The notes under the pieces were generated by a model, which worked only from the letters and a program-made list of their open reading frames with translations, was not told the origin of the DNA and ran no database searches. From Cupriavidus necator (GTDB taxonomy: Bacteria > Pseudomonadota > Gammaproteobacteria > Burkholderiales > Burkholderiaceae), in assembly GCF_016127575.1 (NCBI RefSeq), contig NZ_CP066019.1, positions 2,100,001 through 2,132,000 of the forward strand: DNA of 32,000 nucleotides, written 5' to 3'. A program made the position numbers and the translations under genes. Of this stretch, positions 30,597 through 32,000 are shown piece after piece. Every line of letters begins with the position of its first letter. Position 1 is the stretch's first letter.

Positions 30597-30626
30597 CAAA
30601 CCATCGGTTCGCAAACTCAACCCTTC

Positions 30627-31478
30627 ATGCCCCTCCCCCCAGACTTTCACGGCCTCGCCTTTGCCGCCGTGATGCTGTCCGCGCTGATGCACGCGTCGTG
30701 GAACGCCATCGTCAAGATCGGCGGCGACCGCTTGTCGTCGATGGCTCTGATCGACACCTTCTGCCTGCTGGTGGCCTTGCCCTTCCTGTTCCTGGTGCCC
30801 CTGCCCGCGCCGCAGGTGTGGCCCTTCCTGCTGGCCACAGTGGCGCTGGAAGTCGGCTACAAGCTGTCGCTGGTGGCTGCCTACAACCGTGGTGACTTCA
30901 GCCAGGCCTATCCGCTGATGCGCGGCTCGGCGCCGATGATGGTGGCGATCCTGCTGCTGCTGGCCGGCAGCGAACGGCTGGGGCCAGGCGGCTATGCCGG
31001 CATCGCGCTGATCTGCTGCGGGCTGGTCAGCCTGGTGCGCTGGCGCCGGCAATCGCCCGACCTGCTCGGCTTTGCGCTGCTGGCCGGGGCCTGCCTGGCG
31101 GCCGGCACCGTGATCGACGGCACCGCGGTCAAGCGCTACGGCGAGGTCTTCACCTACATCGTCTGGCTGCAGGCGATGTCGCACATCTTCATGCCGACCT
31201 ACGCCTTCAGCCGGCGCGGCAACGCGCTGGTCACGCTGATGCGCACGGAATGGAAGCGCGCGTGGATCGGCGGCATCAACCGGGTGGGCTCGTATGCGCT
31301 GATGCTGTGGGCGATGACCATGGCGCCCGTGACCAAGCTGGCTGCGCTGCGTGAATCGAGCGTGATCTTTGCCGCGCTGCTGGGCCACTTCCTGCTGCGC
31401 GAGCCCTTCGACCGGCGGCGGCTGATTGCGACCGCGCTGGTCCTGGCGGGGATCCTGACACTGCAACTGGCGCGCTGA
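30627..31478 (+). CDS. EamA/DMT-superfamily transporter (283 aa)
   Basis: About ten hydrophobic helices in two EamA-like halves. No clear SD sequence before the ATG at 30627. Confidence 0.8.
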   Translation: MPLPPDFHGLAFAAVMLSALMHASWNAIVKIGGDRLSSMALIDTFCLLVALPFLFLVPLPAPQVWPFLLATVALEVGYKLSLVAAYNRGDFSQAYPLMRGSAPMMVAILLLLAGSERLGPGGYAGIALICCGLVSLVRWRRQSPDLLGFALLAGACLAAGTVIDGTAVKRYGEVFTYIVWLQAMSHIFMPTYAFSRRGNALVTLMRTEWKRAWIGGINRVGSYALMLWAMTMAPVTKLAALRESSVIFAALLGHFLLREPFDRRRLIATALVLAGILTLQLAR

Positions 31479-31575
31479 TCCGTCGACGTATGTTGCATTT
31501 TGTGTTGTTTGTTGGCGTTTTTTTGCATAACATGGCAGGCAACGCCAAACCCTTTCCTGCCGAGGTTTTCCCGCC

Positions 31576-32000
31576 ATGTCCCCTGTCATCCCATCCCACT
31601 CCCGCGTCGTCATCATCGGCGGCGGCATCATCGGTTGCAGCGTCGCCTATCACCTGACCAAGCTCGGCTGGAAGGATGTGGTCCTGCTGGAACAGGGACA
31701 ACTGTCCTGCGGCACCACCTGGCACGCGGCCGGGCTGGTCGGGCAACTGCGCTCGCAGGAAAGCATGACGAAACTGATCCGCTACTCCACCCAGCTGTAC
31801 AGCGAACTGGAAGCGGAAACGGGCCTCGGCACCGGCTGGAAGCAATGCGGCTCGCTGTCGGTCGCGCGCACCGCGGAACGCATGACGCAACTGCGCCGCA
31901 CCGCGGCGGTGGCGCGGGCCTATGGCGTGGATTGCGAGGTGATCTCGCCCGCCCAGGCCGGCGAACTATGGCCGGTGATGCGCACTGACGACCTGCTTGG
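31576..32000 (+). CDS. FAD-dependent oxidoreductase, DAO domain of dimethylglycine/sarcosine-dehydrogenase-like type (N-terminal 141 codons, continues beyond the window)
   Basis: My own translation from ATG 31576: MSPVIPSHSRVVIIGGGIIGCSVAYHLTKLGWKDVVLLEQGQLSCGTTWHAAGLVGQLR... This shows the GxGxxG dinucleotide fold and very high GC3. It is absent from the ORF track because it has no stop in the window. Confidence 0.8.
   Translation, partial: MSPVIPSHSRVVIIGGGIIGCSVAYHLTKLGWKDVVLLEQGQLSCGTTWHAAGLVGQLRSQESMTKLIRYSTQLYSELEAETGLGTGWKQCGSLSVARTAERMTQLRRTAAVARAYGVDCEVISPAQAGELWPVMRTDDLL

Overview
High-GC, densely coding beta-proteobacterial chromosomal DNA that looks Cupriavidus/Ralstonia-like. 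From memory and unverified, the order icd / phytase-like / MCP / phasin resembles C. necator H16 chromosome 2. I find no rRNA, tRNA, CRISPR array, transposase, integrase or phage gene, so this reads as ordinary metabolic and regulatory territory rather than a mobile or defence island. I support about 31 protein genes. They include cspA, monomeric isocitrate dehydrogenase, a secreted phytase-like protein, a chemoreceptor, a phasin, a LysR regulator with a Bug/TctC receptor, an aldehyde dehydrogenase with XapX, and gdhA. There is also a tightly packed five-gene cluster on the minus strand (isochorismatase-like, alpha/beta hydrolase, Tat-exported amidohydrolase, DoxX, MFS). The most coherent system is a complete 2-aminoethylphosphonate (2-AEP) utilisation locus of the PhnW-PhnY-PhnA type at 21.5-30.5 kb. 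It has a GntR/FCD regulator and a divergent phnSTU-phnW operon, and it is known biology. Four things are not explained by named families: (i) a tandem pair of diverged small paralogous proteins at 143-912; (ii) the five-gene hydrolase/DoxX/MFS cluster, whose amidohydrolase has a Cys/His-rich C-terminal tail; (iii) a 30-bp REP-like palindrome present four times, always just past a gene 3' end; (iv) a 460-bp lower-GC gap at 8.5-9.0 kb with ambiguous, possibly frameshifted coding potential. I do not see convincing evidence of a wholly new multi-gene system, and interest scores are set accordingly. The many long antisense ORFs in the track are treated as GC3 mirror artefacts.
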